Assembly: GCA_032718475.1 (NCBI GenBank) | Contig: JAUCBJ010006455.1 | Location: 1 to 60,749 of the forward strand | Source: Nemertoderma westbladi | Taxonomy: Eukaryota; Animalia; Xenacoelomorpha | Length of the DNA: 60,749 bases | Reading direction: 5' to 3' | Shown: positions 26,202-38,084 of the stretch, in pieces | Layout: each line of letters starts with the position of its first letter | Numbering within the stretch: the first letter of the stretch is position 1 | The notes under the pieces: model-generated | The model's database searches: none | What the model saw: only the letters and a program-made list of their open reading frames with translations | What the model was told of the DNA's origin: nothing | Translations under genes and position numbers: made by a program

Positions 26202-28861
26202 GTCTTTATACTTGTAACTATTGTGTGGCTGTATTCGATGAGAAACCTGCACTCAAGGTGCACTTAGCGACGCATAACAACGAACGGTTACACGACTGTG
26301 GCGAATGCGGTAGACGATTTGCACTGCGGCAGAATCTCATGATGCATCAAAAGACGCACAACGCGAAGCAGACGCGCAGAGCCCCATCATCCTCCATCAC
26401 TCCGCAGACGAACTTCATCACCGGGAACTTCGTCTGCGACTTCTGCGGTCGGAGTTTCGCTCGGATGCGTTTCCTACGTCGTCACGAACGCGTCCACATC
26501 ATCCCGGGTCATCGGCAACGGGTCACCCTAGCAACCGGGTTGCCACGCTACGACTGCCCCACTTGTATGCGACCTTTCCACAACAAGTTCCATCTGATCA
26601 ACCATGACTGTCGGCGAATCGCCCTGGACGGAATCAAGGCCGGAATCCCCGAGTTCAGAAAGCGAGTCGTCCAATGCGACCTCTGCACAAAGAAATTTAC
26701 CACTCTGAGTAACTTACGCCGCCATCGGGCGTTGGCTCACAAACTACCCACAGAGTCGTACTCGCCAGATAGCACCCCGGAAGAACAAAGCTATCAATAT
26801 CTCAACAAATTTAACCTCCAAAAATATCATAAACGTGACACTAATTTTAAAGAATTCACCCCGGATTGCTTCAACTTTCAAGGTGACCAAATTGCGGCTA
26901 TAGACCTCACATCATCAACCCCTCTTGACTTTAGTCTAAAGAACATGATGTCACACGCATGTAGCGTTTGTAACCAAGGTTTCTCTGGAAAAGCGGCCCT
27001 GATTGACCACGTTTCTTCTCACGCCTCCACTTTTCCATATAAGTGTGACGTATGTCTGTGTCTGTTCGCGAGACCTGGAGATCTGCTGGCCCATTACAGC
27101 CAATACCACGCCGGTAATCCCACCTCACTCATGGGAAGCGCTGAATCACTCCCCGCATTACCTGTATCAGACGTTTCCATGAAAAACGCAAATGAGAATC
27201 AATTGGCTGTTGATCAGATTTTATTAGCCAATGAGGCCGCACGGAAGTTGGCAGTGCCTTCTCAGACTTTCAACAACTTCATGGACGCCTACGGGATGAT
27301 ATTTGCGTCGGGCGACCCTAAGCAAAATATCGAAGAAGATGCGAAGCCTCTAAATATTCAACCACCGCAAACATATCCCGGGAGTGATAAAATCGGGAAT
27401 AACCCAAATTATGAAGTGACTGACGATATCAATAATGGTGCCATCGTTAATCCGTTGATAGTAACGAAAAATCCACCGCCAAGAATCGGCCCAATGAAAC
27501 TTAAGAAATGCCACAACCTAATTGCTATGGGTTACAAACAGCAACAGGCCCGACACAAACTCATGCAAGCCAAGTACAGACTGAGGGCAAAACTAATCCG
27601 ATCCTTGCAAAACGCGGCTTTTACCAATAATCAGCAACCACGGGAACTTAATGGGAACCAAATTGATTTCCCTAAAATTTACACCCCTTATGATACTACA
27701 CACCAGTGTAAGACATGTCTCAAACGCTTCTCCAAGCAGCAAAATCTGGCCGCTCATATGGAGACAGAATGCCTTCAGAAATCACCAGTCTCCACAGCAA
27801 CGCCGCAATGTTCTAGAAGCGCCTTTGATATTAACCAGTCGCCTAGCAACCATATCATAAGCAAGAACCATTCACCAACCCCCGCCGTTTCTATAGAAAC
27901 CAATATAAACAAACCAACATTGTTCCCAATATCGCCAACCTCCGCTTTCACAGCCAATCAGCATCTCCCAAAAATGGCCCAGTTTTCTTCTTCTCTATGC
28001 CCTCCGACGACGGGCGCTGGAATTTTCTCCCATCTCAACCTCCCGACGGCCAACCTGTCATCTTACTTCCTAGGGAGCCAACCACACCATACGTTCCACA
28101 GCCCAGCGCTAGGCGGCGTTATCAACCACTCCACAACGGCGGGTTTCCCACACTCCATGGTCCCGCCTGTTTCCGGTTCCACCGCCTTCCAAGGCAAAAC
28201 GGTTCGACAGATCCTCGACATGGTTTACGGACGCAACTCCATGTTCGCATCGCTCATGGGTCAACTACCTAATGACGTCATAAAGCCTCCCTTCGGATCT
28301 TATAACTTCATGACGGGCAACCAATACAGCCATGATCCCTCCCTTCACATAAAGTTAGCCGCGACCAGCCCAGAGAAATCGGGAAAATCCTCGGATTCGG
28401 GGTTCGGTGCTACTAAAAGGGAACATCGACGAAACCCGGAGTACTACCCTCCCGATGGATCGAAACCGTTCGAGTGCGAACTCTGTTCCCAGAGGTTCCG
28501 ACGCAAGTGTCATCTCGCAAGGCACATGATTATCCACTCGGAAGGCCGTCAGTACCGAGCCTTCCCTTGCCGTCTGTGTAACCTCGAGTTTACCAGCCAA
28601 TCCAGTCTCTACATGCACCGTCGCAAGTCTCACAGTTCCAGTTTCGGGGCGGGGTTCAGCTTTCAGGGAAGTCCGCCGGATTTCGGCAGTGAACTTCTTC
28701 CTGCGATGGGCACCGAATCCGGCCAGGCATTCCATCCTGATTCAAACCAGCCGTTTCGCCCTGATGTGAAGCCGCAATTCTCACCTCCAGCTAGCGACCT
28801 CAGTCGCTTTAACTCAAACATTACCGAACGCCTTCGTTTGTCTGACATTAAAGTGGAATAA
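26202..28861 (+). CDS. C2H2 zinc-finger transcription factor, coding exon 2 (spliced product about 1033 aa, 11 fingers)
   Basis: Acceptor ttttatttcag|GT at 26202 joins in frame (G-LYTCNYC...HLATH completes a finger). Ten fingers in this exon, two of them C2HC-type; AIDLT/PLDFS motifs; ends IKVE-stop; AT-rich 3' UTR with AATAAA at 29298. Confidence 0.93.
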
Positions 28862-31339
28862 CCTTATATTTCAAAATTTAATATTATCATTTGCTGCAAA
28901 TAATTTATATAACCGCCAAAAATATAAGAAATATGTATTGAAATATTTATTTTGAAAACTGAAACGTGTGATTAAATTAGCACAACAAATATGTTTATTT
29001 ATTTAGCTAGATAGAATGGTGTTGGATATTTATTATAACAAGTTTTAATGTACAACAGCAGATTAATAGCGATTCCTTCCTAGTAACTAATACATTTATA
29101 AATTATTGTTAATGTTGATTGTTTTTTTCATGTTTCATTTTCGTTACAATATTCACTCATCATTAAAATTTGTTAAGATGTTTTAGTTAATTTATATTAT
29201 TACGGATAAGGCCAGTTTACGTTAAAAGTAGTGTAACTTTAAAACTTATTGTTTAGGTTGACATTTTATGTTTAGACTTAGAAGATTTAATCGTTAGAAT
29301 AAAACGATACGTTTTAGACAATATAGAAATTTAATATTGTGTTAATCCACAATATTAGTAATATTTATACAGCTTCCTATCATGTTGCTATTCTTAGTTA
29401 TGAAATGCTATTGGGAACAATTTTCATAACATTATTGTAGTAGACAAATTATGATGCCGTGGTATTATGGCATGAGGAAAAATATAGTAACTATTAATTA
29501 CATTGAAACCAAATAGCTTTATTTTCTTTGTTTCTCATCGAATACGTAATTTTATTCTTAAAACTGCCTCTCCTTATCGAAAATGTAAACTCCGCTGACT
29601 CCATCTGTTGGGTTTAGGTTTCTCTTTAAGGTTACTCTTCTCCCCGCGCCCGCCGTTGCGTTTACGGTGGAGATGTCGTTCCGCTGAACAAAGATACACC
29701 GCCAATTAACAAAGTGATGAGATAATTAGCTTAGGGGAAATATAGCAGAGGTATGGTTGCTATCTGATATGTGATAGCAGCTGTACCATATAACATCACT
29801 GTTTTTTTCCCGGGTAAATAAAATCACAAAATAATCATATTTTTCTTTTCCTCCCGGCGGGATTTAAAGTGCAATATTAAATCCTGAAATCTCAGCTAAA
29901 GCGCGGGATATAAAGCGGGATATAAAGCGGGATATAAAGCAATTTTAAGAATAAAAACTTTCGAGATTCATCAATCATAGTGAGGATAATAATTAATCGA
30001 GTTCATATGAAATTTATTTCGTATTTTTTGGTCTTAAAAACATAATTTTGTTTTTTATCAGTCGTATGTAAAGGCGCCTAACGCGTTTACAATAGTTAAT
30101 TTCACTAAATAAATAAAATGAGTGAAAAAATATACAATAATTAATAACTTATTTTACAATTATTATGTAGTTTACTGTGGTGCATTTGTCCACAAGGAAG
30201 GCAGCATTAACTTGTCACCAATGTCAAGAGGCATTACGGCCGTCATTATCTGTTCACCTAGATGATTTACTACGGCGGAGAGGTCCTCAAGAATATATAA
30301 AACTTGAAACAGAAGTAAACAGAAGTTTAATGCCGATATTACTATTTATTGTATCTAAGTAGGACTAATGATTCAGTTTTAGACATTCCAAACAATATGA
30401 ATTGTGCTTTCCACAAAAATCTTTATTTATTATAGCTGCCGTTTATTAAATAACATTATATTACTAGCATATTTACATAAATACACATTCCAACTTCCAA
30501 AATTAATTGCTATCATTATACTCCTGAACAATATATTCTAGAGCATTATTAATATTATTTATTCTATAACGTGTAACAATAAATATAATTTGAACTTTGC
30601 AGTTATATAAACTTATTGCTGTGTATAACCTACTTTATCGTGATATAATTATTATATCTTCAGAATCATGCATTCTTATATGATATTTGGTATTAAACTT
30701 TCAGTTTTCCTCCAACAGGGGTGACCTGCCTCCATGACCTACTATAGGCGTGCAAGTGACGCAGTACAGTGGGAGTGCACCAGTGCAATGCATATACCAC
30801 ATACAGAATAATACACTACATTACCGGACCAGTACCAGAGTACTGCAGTACTGAAATAAAAGTGCACTGGCTGGCACTTAGAATTCTCGACTGACAAATT
30901 GACCATATTTGAAAATAACCACAATTTTATAAACCTTGCCAATGAAATCAGCTCATTCTAAAACCTCAGAAGCCAAACTATACGGCCAAATTACCACTTT
31001 TGGCTATTTGAAAATTTCGAGCTACTTGTAATTTTTGTGCTCTTTTAGTGTCTATTATAAAATAAACAATGAAGAATTTATTCTAATTTCGTTTTCGATT
31101 ACTACTAATGAATTTGACTAACCGAAAAAAGCATATGGTTTAATGGTTATACCAAAGTTTTTGAAGGGTGATGTTTGTATTTTAGTCATTTTATCAATTT
31201 AGAAAGGTGCTGATATGGTATGGATGCCTAAAACTCCTCATATCTCGAAAACTACTGGAGCTATTAACTTTTTATTTGTCTCATCTGAAAGAGGACATAA
31301 TTTTAGTTAGCTATCAAAGAGAAATAACTGGTAAATAAT

Positions 31340-34300
31340 AATTGTTCCAGGGCCAGTAGACCTGTGAATGTTAGGTCGACCAATTATTCCAGGACCAGTA
31401 AACCTGTGAATGTTAGGTCGACCAATTGGTCCAGAACCAGTAGACCTGTGAATGTTAGGTCGACCAATTGTTCCAGGACCTGTAGACCTGTGAATGTTAG
31501 GCCGACCAATTGTTCCAGGACCAGTATACCTATGAATGTTAGGTCGACCAATTGTTCCAGGACCAGTAAACCTGTGAATGTTAGGCCGACCAATTGTTCC
31601 AGGACCAGTAGACCTATGAATGTTAGGTCGACCAATTGTTCCAGGACCAGTAAACCTGTTATTGTTAGGTCGACCAATTGTTCAAGGACCAGTAGACCTA
31701 TGAATGTTAGGCCTACCAATTGTTCCAGGACCAGTAGACCTGTGAATGTTAGTTCAACCAATTGTTCCAGCACCAGTAGACCTATGAATGTTAGGTCGAC
31801 CAATTATTCCAGGACCAGTAAACCTGTGAATGTTAGGCCGACCAATTATTCCAGGACCAGTAAACCTGTTAATGTTAGGTCGAGCAATTGTTCCAGAACC
31901 TGTAGACCTGTTAATGTTAGGCCGACCAATTGTTCCAGGACCAGTAAACCTGTTATTGTTAGGTCGACCAATTGTTCAAGGACCAGTAGACCTATGAATG
32001 TTAGGCCTACCAATTGTTCCAGGACCAGTAGACCTGTGAATGTTAGTTCAACCAATTGTTCCAGCACCAGTAGACCTATGAATGTTAGGCCGACCAATTG
32101 TTCCAGGACCAGTAAACCTGTTATTGTTAGGTCGACCAATTGTTCAAGGACCAGTAGACCTATGAATGTTAGGCCTACCAATTGTTCCAGGACCAGTAGA
32201 CCTGTGAATGTTAGTTCAACCAATTGTTCCAGCACCAGTAGACCTATGAATGTTAGGTCGACCAATTATTCCAGGACCAGTAAACCTGTGAATATTAGGC
32301 CGACCAATTATTCCAGGACCAGTAAACATGTTAATGTTAGGTCGAGCAATTGTTCCAGAACCAGTAGACCTGTTAATGTTAGGCCGACCAATTGTTCCAG
32401 GACCAGTAGACCTGTGAATGTTAGGCCTACCAATTGTTCCAGGACCAGTAGACCTGTGAATGTTAGTTCAACCAATTGTTCCAGGACCAGTAAACCTGTT
32501 ATTGTTAGGTCGACCAATTGTTCAAGGACCAGTAGACCTATGAATGTTAGGCCTACCAATTGTTCCAGGACCAGTAGACCTGTGAATGTTAGTTCAACCA
32601 ATTGTTCCAGCACCAGTAGACCTATGAATGTTAGGTCGACCAATTATTCCAGGACCAGTAGACCTGTGAATGTTAGGCCGACCAATTGTTCCAGGACCAG
32701 TAAACTTGTGAATGTTAGGCCGACCAATTGTTCCAGGACCAGTAAACCTGTGAATGTTAGGCCGAGCAATTGTTCCAGGACCAGTAAACCTGTGAATGTT
32801 AGGCCGACCAATTGTTCCAGGACCAGTAAACCTGTGAATGTTAGGCCGACCAATTGTTCCAGGATCAGTAAACCTGTAAATGTTAGGCCAACCAATTGTT
32901 CTAGGACCAGTAGACTTGTGAATGTTAGGCCGACCAATTGTTCCAGGACCAGTAGACCGGTGAATGTTAGGGCGACCTAATTGTTCCAGCACCAGTAGAA
33001 TTGTAAATTTTAGGCCGACCAATTGTTCCAGGACCAGTAAACCTGTGAGTGTTAGGCCGACCAATTGTTCCAGGACCAGTAGACCTGTGAATATTAGGCC
33101 GACCAATTGTTCCAGGTCCAGTAGACCGGTGAATGTTAGGTCGACCTAATTGTTCCAGGAGCAGTAGAACTATGAATGTTAGGTCGACCAATTGTTCCAA
33201 GACCAGTAGACCTGTGAATGTTAGGCCGACCAATTGTTCCAGGACCAGTAGACCTGTGAATGTTAGGCCGTTCAATTGTTCCAGGACCAGTAAACCTTTG
33301 AATGTTAGGTCGACCAATTGTTCCAGAACCAGTAGACCTGTGAATGTTAGGCCGACCAATTGTTCCAGGACCAGTAGACCTGTGAATGTTAGGCCGACCA
33401 ATTGTTCCAGGACCTCCTGTTAATGTTAGGCCGACCAATTGTTCCAGGACCAGTAAACCTGTGAATGTTAGGCCGACCAATTGTTCCAGGACCAGTAGAC
33501 CTGTGAATGTTAGGCCGACAAATTGTTCCAGGACCACTAGACCTGTGAATGTTAGGCCGACCAATTGTTCCAGGACCGGTAGACCTGTGAATGTTAGGCC
33601 GACCAATTGTTCCAGGACCAGTAGACCGGTAAATGTTAGGTCGACCTAATTGGTCCAGCACCAGTAGACCTGTGAATGTTAGGTCGACCAATTGTTCCAG
33701 GACCAGTAAACCTGTGAATGTTAGGCCGACCAATTGTTCCAGGATCAGTAAACCTGTGAATGTTAGGCCGACCAATTGTTCCAGGACCAGTAGACCTGTG
33801 AATGTTAGGCCGACCAATTGTTCCAGGACCAGTAGATCTGTGAATGTTAGGTCGACCAATTGTTCCAGGACCAGTAAACCTGTGAATGTTAGGCCGACCA
33901 ATTGTTCCAGGACCAGTAAACCTGTGAATTTTAGGCCGACCAATTGTTCCAGGACCAGTAGACCTGTGAATGTTAGGCCGACCAATTGTTCCAGGACCAG
34001 TAGACCTGTTAATGTTAGGCCGACCAATTGTTCCAGGACCAGTAGACCTGTGAATGTTAGGCCGAACAATTGTTCCAGGACCAGTAGACCTGTGAATGTT
34101 AGGCCGACAAATTGTTCCAGGACCAGTAGACCGGTGAATGTTAGTTCGACCTAATTGTTCCAGGACCAGTAGAACTGTGAATGTTAGGTCGACCAATTGT
34201 TCCAAGACCACTAGACCTGTGAATGTTAGGTCGACCAATTGTTCCAAGACCAGTAGACCTGTGAATGTTAGGCCGACCAATTGTTCCAAGACCAGTAGAC

Positions 34301-34377
34301 CTGTGAATGTTAGGCCGACCAATTGTTCCAGGACCAGTAGACCTGTTAATGTTAGGCCGACCAATTGTTCCAGGACC
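31340..34377. repeat. 42-bp satellite, about 72 copies (aattgttccaggaccagtagacctgtgaatgttaggccgacc)
   Basis: Tandem monomers; the unit length is divisible by 3, which explains the NVRPTNCSRTSRP and LVGLTFTGLLVLEQ pseudo-ORFs. Confidence 0.98.
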
Positions 34378-34921
34378 CAATGTTTGGACGTTGATTTCAT
34401 CAACAATGACTTATTACGTCTGCACTCTCCGACGTACTACAGACTTACGTAGATTTTTTAAATTCTGAGAATTCCGAGCTATACAATTGATAATAGTCTC
34501 ACAGCGTGATTGGTTGAATTACCCAACCCAGTGCCATACTGCCCTACTGTCACCCTACTGTGGACCACACACGACCAATGTGGCTGAAGGGTTCCACAAC
34601 GGACTACACAGCCGCATTGCTTATTGCCACCCGAGTCTTGGAGAACTGATTTGAGTTTTTTCCAATCAAAGCACAGTATAACATTTCCGAAGTCTCGCGA
34701 GATTCAAGAATAGGATACACATGTACGTACAGTACAGGCTGAGATGGCCTTGTTTAACGATTTCATGACAGTAACAAATGGGGCTATTAGCTTCATGGAT
34801 TTATTTAACTATATAACCTATCTGGTGGAGGTTGGAATTCTACCCCAAATCTGAAATGAATAACTGCAATTAAAATTATTCATATTTCGCAATATTATTC
34901 CTTATTCTTACTATTATTATA

Positions 34922-35933
34922 CACCATGACCCGTAATATAGTGTCATTTTCTGATGACACTGACCCCCCCCCCCCCCCCCAAATTTTTCTTCAAATCTTT
35001 ATCATATTGCTTGAAATTTGAAACACAACTAGTTCAACTCACCGTGGTTGTTACCATGAAGCCGGAATTTTCGATTTCGCCTTTAAATTTTATTTATAAG
35101 CGTTTTAAAAAAGTGTCTTTTGCGAAATCGAACCCTCTGTATCATTGCCATTCTTCACTTTAGTCGTAATTTTTTCATATCAATAGAAAGCTTGTGTTGA
35201 AAGGATTCCAAATATGTAGCAATATCTGAATTTCATTGAGAAACAGCTGAGAAATAGGCGTTCAAAGATTGCAAGAATTATTGTTCACTGCAGGCCATTT
35301 ATTCTATTTAATAAATACACAATATTCTGGAACAATTTGTTTATGTATGATTAGCTACGCAATATAGATATAGACCACGCTATGCGCTAACCGGTTAACC
35401 GTTGAGACCACGCTATGCGCTAACCGGTTAACCGTTGAGACCACGCTATATATAGGCTTATATATAGGCATACCGCTGTTGCCTACCAACTCATAAAATA
35501 AATAACACGTTCTAGAATTTTGTGTATTTATTAAATAGAATAAATGGCCTGAAGCGAACAATAATTCTTTCAATCTTTGAACGCATATATCTCAGCTGTT
35601 TCTCAACGAAATTCAGATATTGCTACATATTTGGAATCCTTTCAACGCAAGCTTTCTATTGATGTGAAAACTTACGACTTACGACGAAATTACGACTAAA
35701 GTGAAGAATGGCAATGATACAGAGGGTGCGATTTCGCAAAATACACTTTTTTAAAACGCTTATAAATAAAATTTAAAGGCGAAATCGAAAATTCCGGCTT
35801 CATGGTAACAACCACGCTCAGTTGAACTAGTTGTGTTTCAAATTTCAAGCAATATGATAAAGATTTGAAGAAACATTTGGGGGGGGGGGGGTCCGTGTCA
35901 TCAGAAAATGACACTATATTACGGGTCCTGGTG
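34922..35933. mobile_element. Foldback-type non-autonomous DNA transposon with ~410-bp inverted arms and TA flanks
   Basis: TA|CACCATGACCCG ... CGGGTCCTGGTG|TA; arms ~34922-35332 and ~35509-35933 are reverse complements (mirror ORFs 34954+ and 35696-); the spacer holds a 33-bp tandem repeat. Tc1/mariner versus animal EnSpm is not resolved. Confidence 0.9.
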
Positions 35934-36044
35934 TATAATTTACTAATTTGTATCACCTAACACTAACATATAGTTATTATTGTATTTCTATTTTAAAATA
36001 ATATACTACAGTATTATTATATTTACATTCAAATATTTCCTTTT

Positions 36045-36224
36045 CTAAGTTGACGACATGGTCTTTCGAAGTGTTGACACATGGCCTTTCGAAGTGTTGA
36101 CATGGGGTAAAAAATTACAATAAAAAGACGCTCTTCGAACCATTATTTCGAAGTGTTGACATGGTTTTTCGAAGTGTTTATTATTTCGAAGTGTTCACTA
36201 TTGCGAAGTGTTGACCATATACCC
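36045..36224. repeat. Cluster of short ttcgaagtgttgac repeats, probably MITE subterminal repeats
   Basis: Six or more copies of (tt)cgaagtgtt(gac) at irregular spacing. Confidence 0.6.
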
Positions 36225-36270
36225 GAGGATGGGGCTGGTCCCCCATAAGCCAAAGGCTAGACTCAGCAAA

Positions 36271-38084
36271 ACCATGCATAAGCATGGAAAAGCATGGAAA
36301 TCAATCAATCTGCTTACTGGGCGGAAAAGCCAACCAACCACCAAGGTTAAGGCTGAATCACCAGCCGATCGCCTCAATGGTTGGAAAGCCCACTTTGAAA
36401 AGCTCCTCAATAATGACAGGGTATTGCCTGATAACTTTATAGAAGTAAAAGTGTCTGAGTCTGTACTCCCAGATATTCCCATTGGCGATATCTCCTTTGC
36501 AGAAGTGAAGGCTGCTGCAAAGAGCATTAAGACCAATCGTGCCAGTGGAGTAGATGGTGTTCCCCTGAGGTCTTTAAAATACCTGAGTGTTTAAAGCTCA
36601 TCTATCCCATCACAGTAGACATGTACCGAACAACAAGAGTCCCACAAGAAATGAAAACAAATAAGTTGGTGCCAGTTCCCAAGAAGGGCAACCTAACACT
36701 CTATGGTTCTTTTCGGGGAATCTCATTGATCTCGATTGCTGCAAAGCTATACAATAGGATTCTATTAAATCGCATCAGGGATCCCATTGAGAGACTGCTC
36801 CGTGGAAATCAGAAGGGGTTCCGTAAAGGTCGTGGGACCATGGAGCCCATTTTGGCACTTAGAAGGATAATTGAAGAATTATCAAAAAAGAAAGACAGGC
36901 ATCTGGCTGTTATCTTTGTTGACTTCTTCAAGGCCTTTGATTCAGTCTCTCGCTCACGTATGTTCAGCATACTTTCATTATATGGGATTCCTGATGAAAT
37001 TATTGCAGCAATCAGATCAGTATACGATGGTTCGACAACATTTGTGTCTACTGTTGACGGTGACACAGAACCATTTGAAGTGTTATGGGGCGTCCTCCAA
37101 GGAGACACACTTGCACCATTCTTGTTCATTATTGTGGTTGACTATGTTCTACGCATGTCCTTAGATCATCATAATGTTGATGGGGTGATGATAACTCCAC
37201 CTACTGGCTCCAGAAGTCGAGGAAATCCTGCCAAGTACCTAACTGATCTAGACTTTGCTGATGACTTAGGAGTACTCTCAGAATCATTAGAGGGAGCCCA
37301 ACGGCTCCTCAGCTCATTAGAACATGCTGCTTCTAGTGTTGGTCTTTTTATTAACTCCAGAAAGACCAAAATTCTGACTGTTAACTTTGAAAGTCCTCAG
37401 CAAGTCTCTGATCGGATGAGCATAAGCTCAAAGGATGGTATGCTTGAGCATGTGGACGACTTCTGTTACCTGGGATCATGGATCCGGAAGTCAGGTGAGG
37501 ACCTTCGAATACGTAAGGGAAAGGCATGGACAGCCTTGAATAGGCTTTCCAGGATTTGGAAATCACCGAGAATTAATCGGAAACTTAAGGTCCGATTATT
37601 TAGAGCAGCAGTAGTTCCAGTACTCCTCTACGGGAGTCCATGCTGGGCTCTAACTGCTGAGGACACCAAATCTCTGGATGGCACATTCACAAGAATGCTA
37701 CGCCGGGTTCATTGTGTCAAGTACAATGCACACATCTCCAACCAGACACTATATAACATTGGAGGTGTCTCATTGGTTCCCCCAAGCTTGACACTAGAAC
37801 AAAATCGCCTCCGCTTTGCAGGACATTGCTTTCGCCGTGAGGACCAGCCAGTGCATAATCTTGTACTTTGGCAGCCTCATGGAGTGAATAAGCATGGTGG
37901 ACAGCCCATGACTTTCTTGAGACGCATCTTAAAGGACACTGGCCTTAAAGATGCGGATGATCTAGCAAATGTCATGGGTGATAGGGAGTTGTGGCGGTGC
38001 AATTTTGTTGACAAGCCGGCACAGCATTCTTAAAAATGCAGCTGCAATGCAGCATGCCGATCCTAGTAGTAGTAGTAGTAGTAG
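36271..38084 (+). mobile_element. RTE-clade LINE, 5'-truncated young copy 2 with near-intact reverse transcriptase
   Basis: RT motifs RGISL, QKGFR, FVDFFKAFDSV, GVLQGDTLAPFLF, DLDFADD, FCYLGS; (TAG)7 tail at 38064-38084; perfect TSD tagactcagcaaa at 36258-36270 and 38082-38094; one frameshift in the C run at 36562-36565. Confidence 0.96.

Noticed and set aside
31708-32556. TAGGCCTA occurrences inside the 42-bp satellite
   Set aside because: Point variants of the monomer word taggccga; excluded from the footprint count.
31364-34452. Mucin-like or membrane-like repeat proteins
   Set aside because: ORFs occur on both strands and break at monomer indels; they follow from a 42-bp unit.
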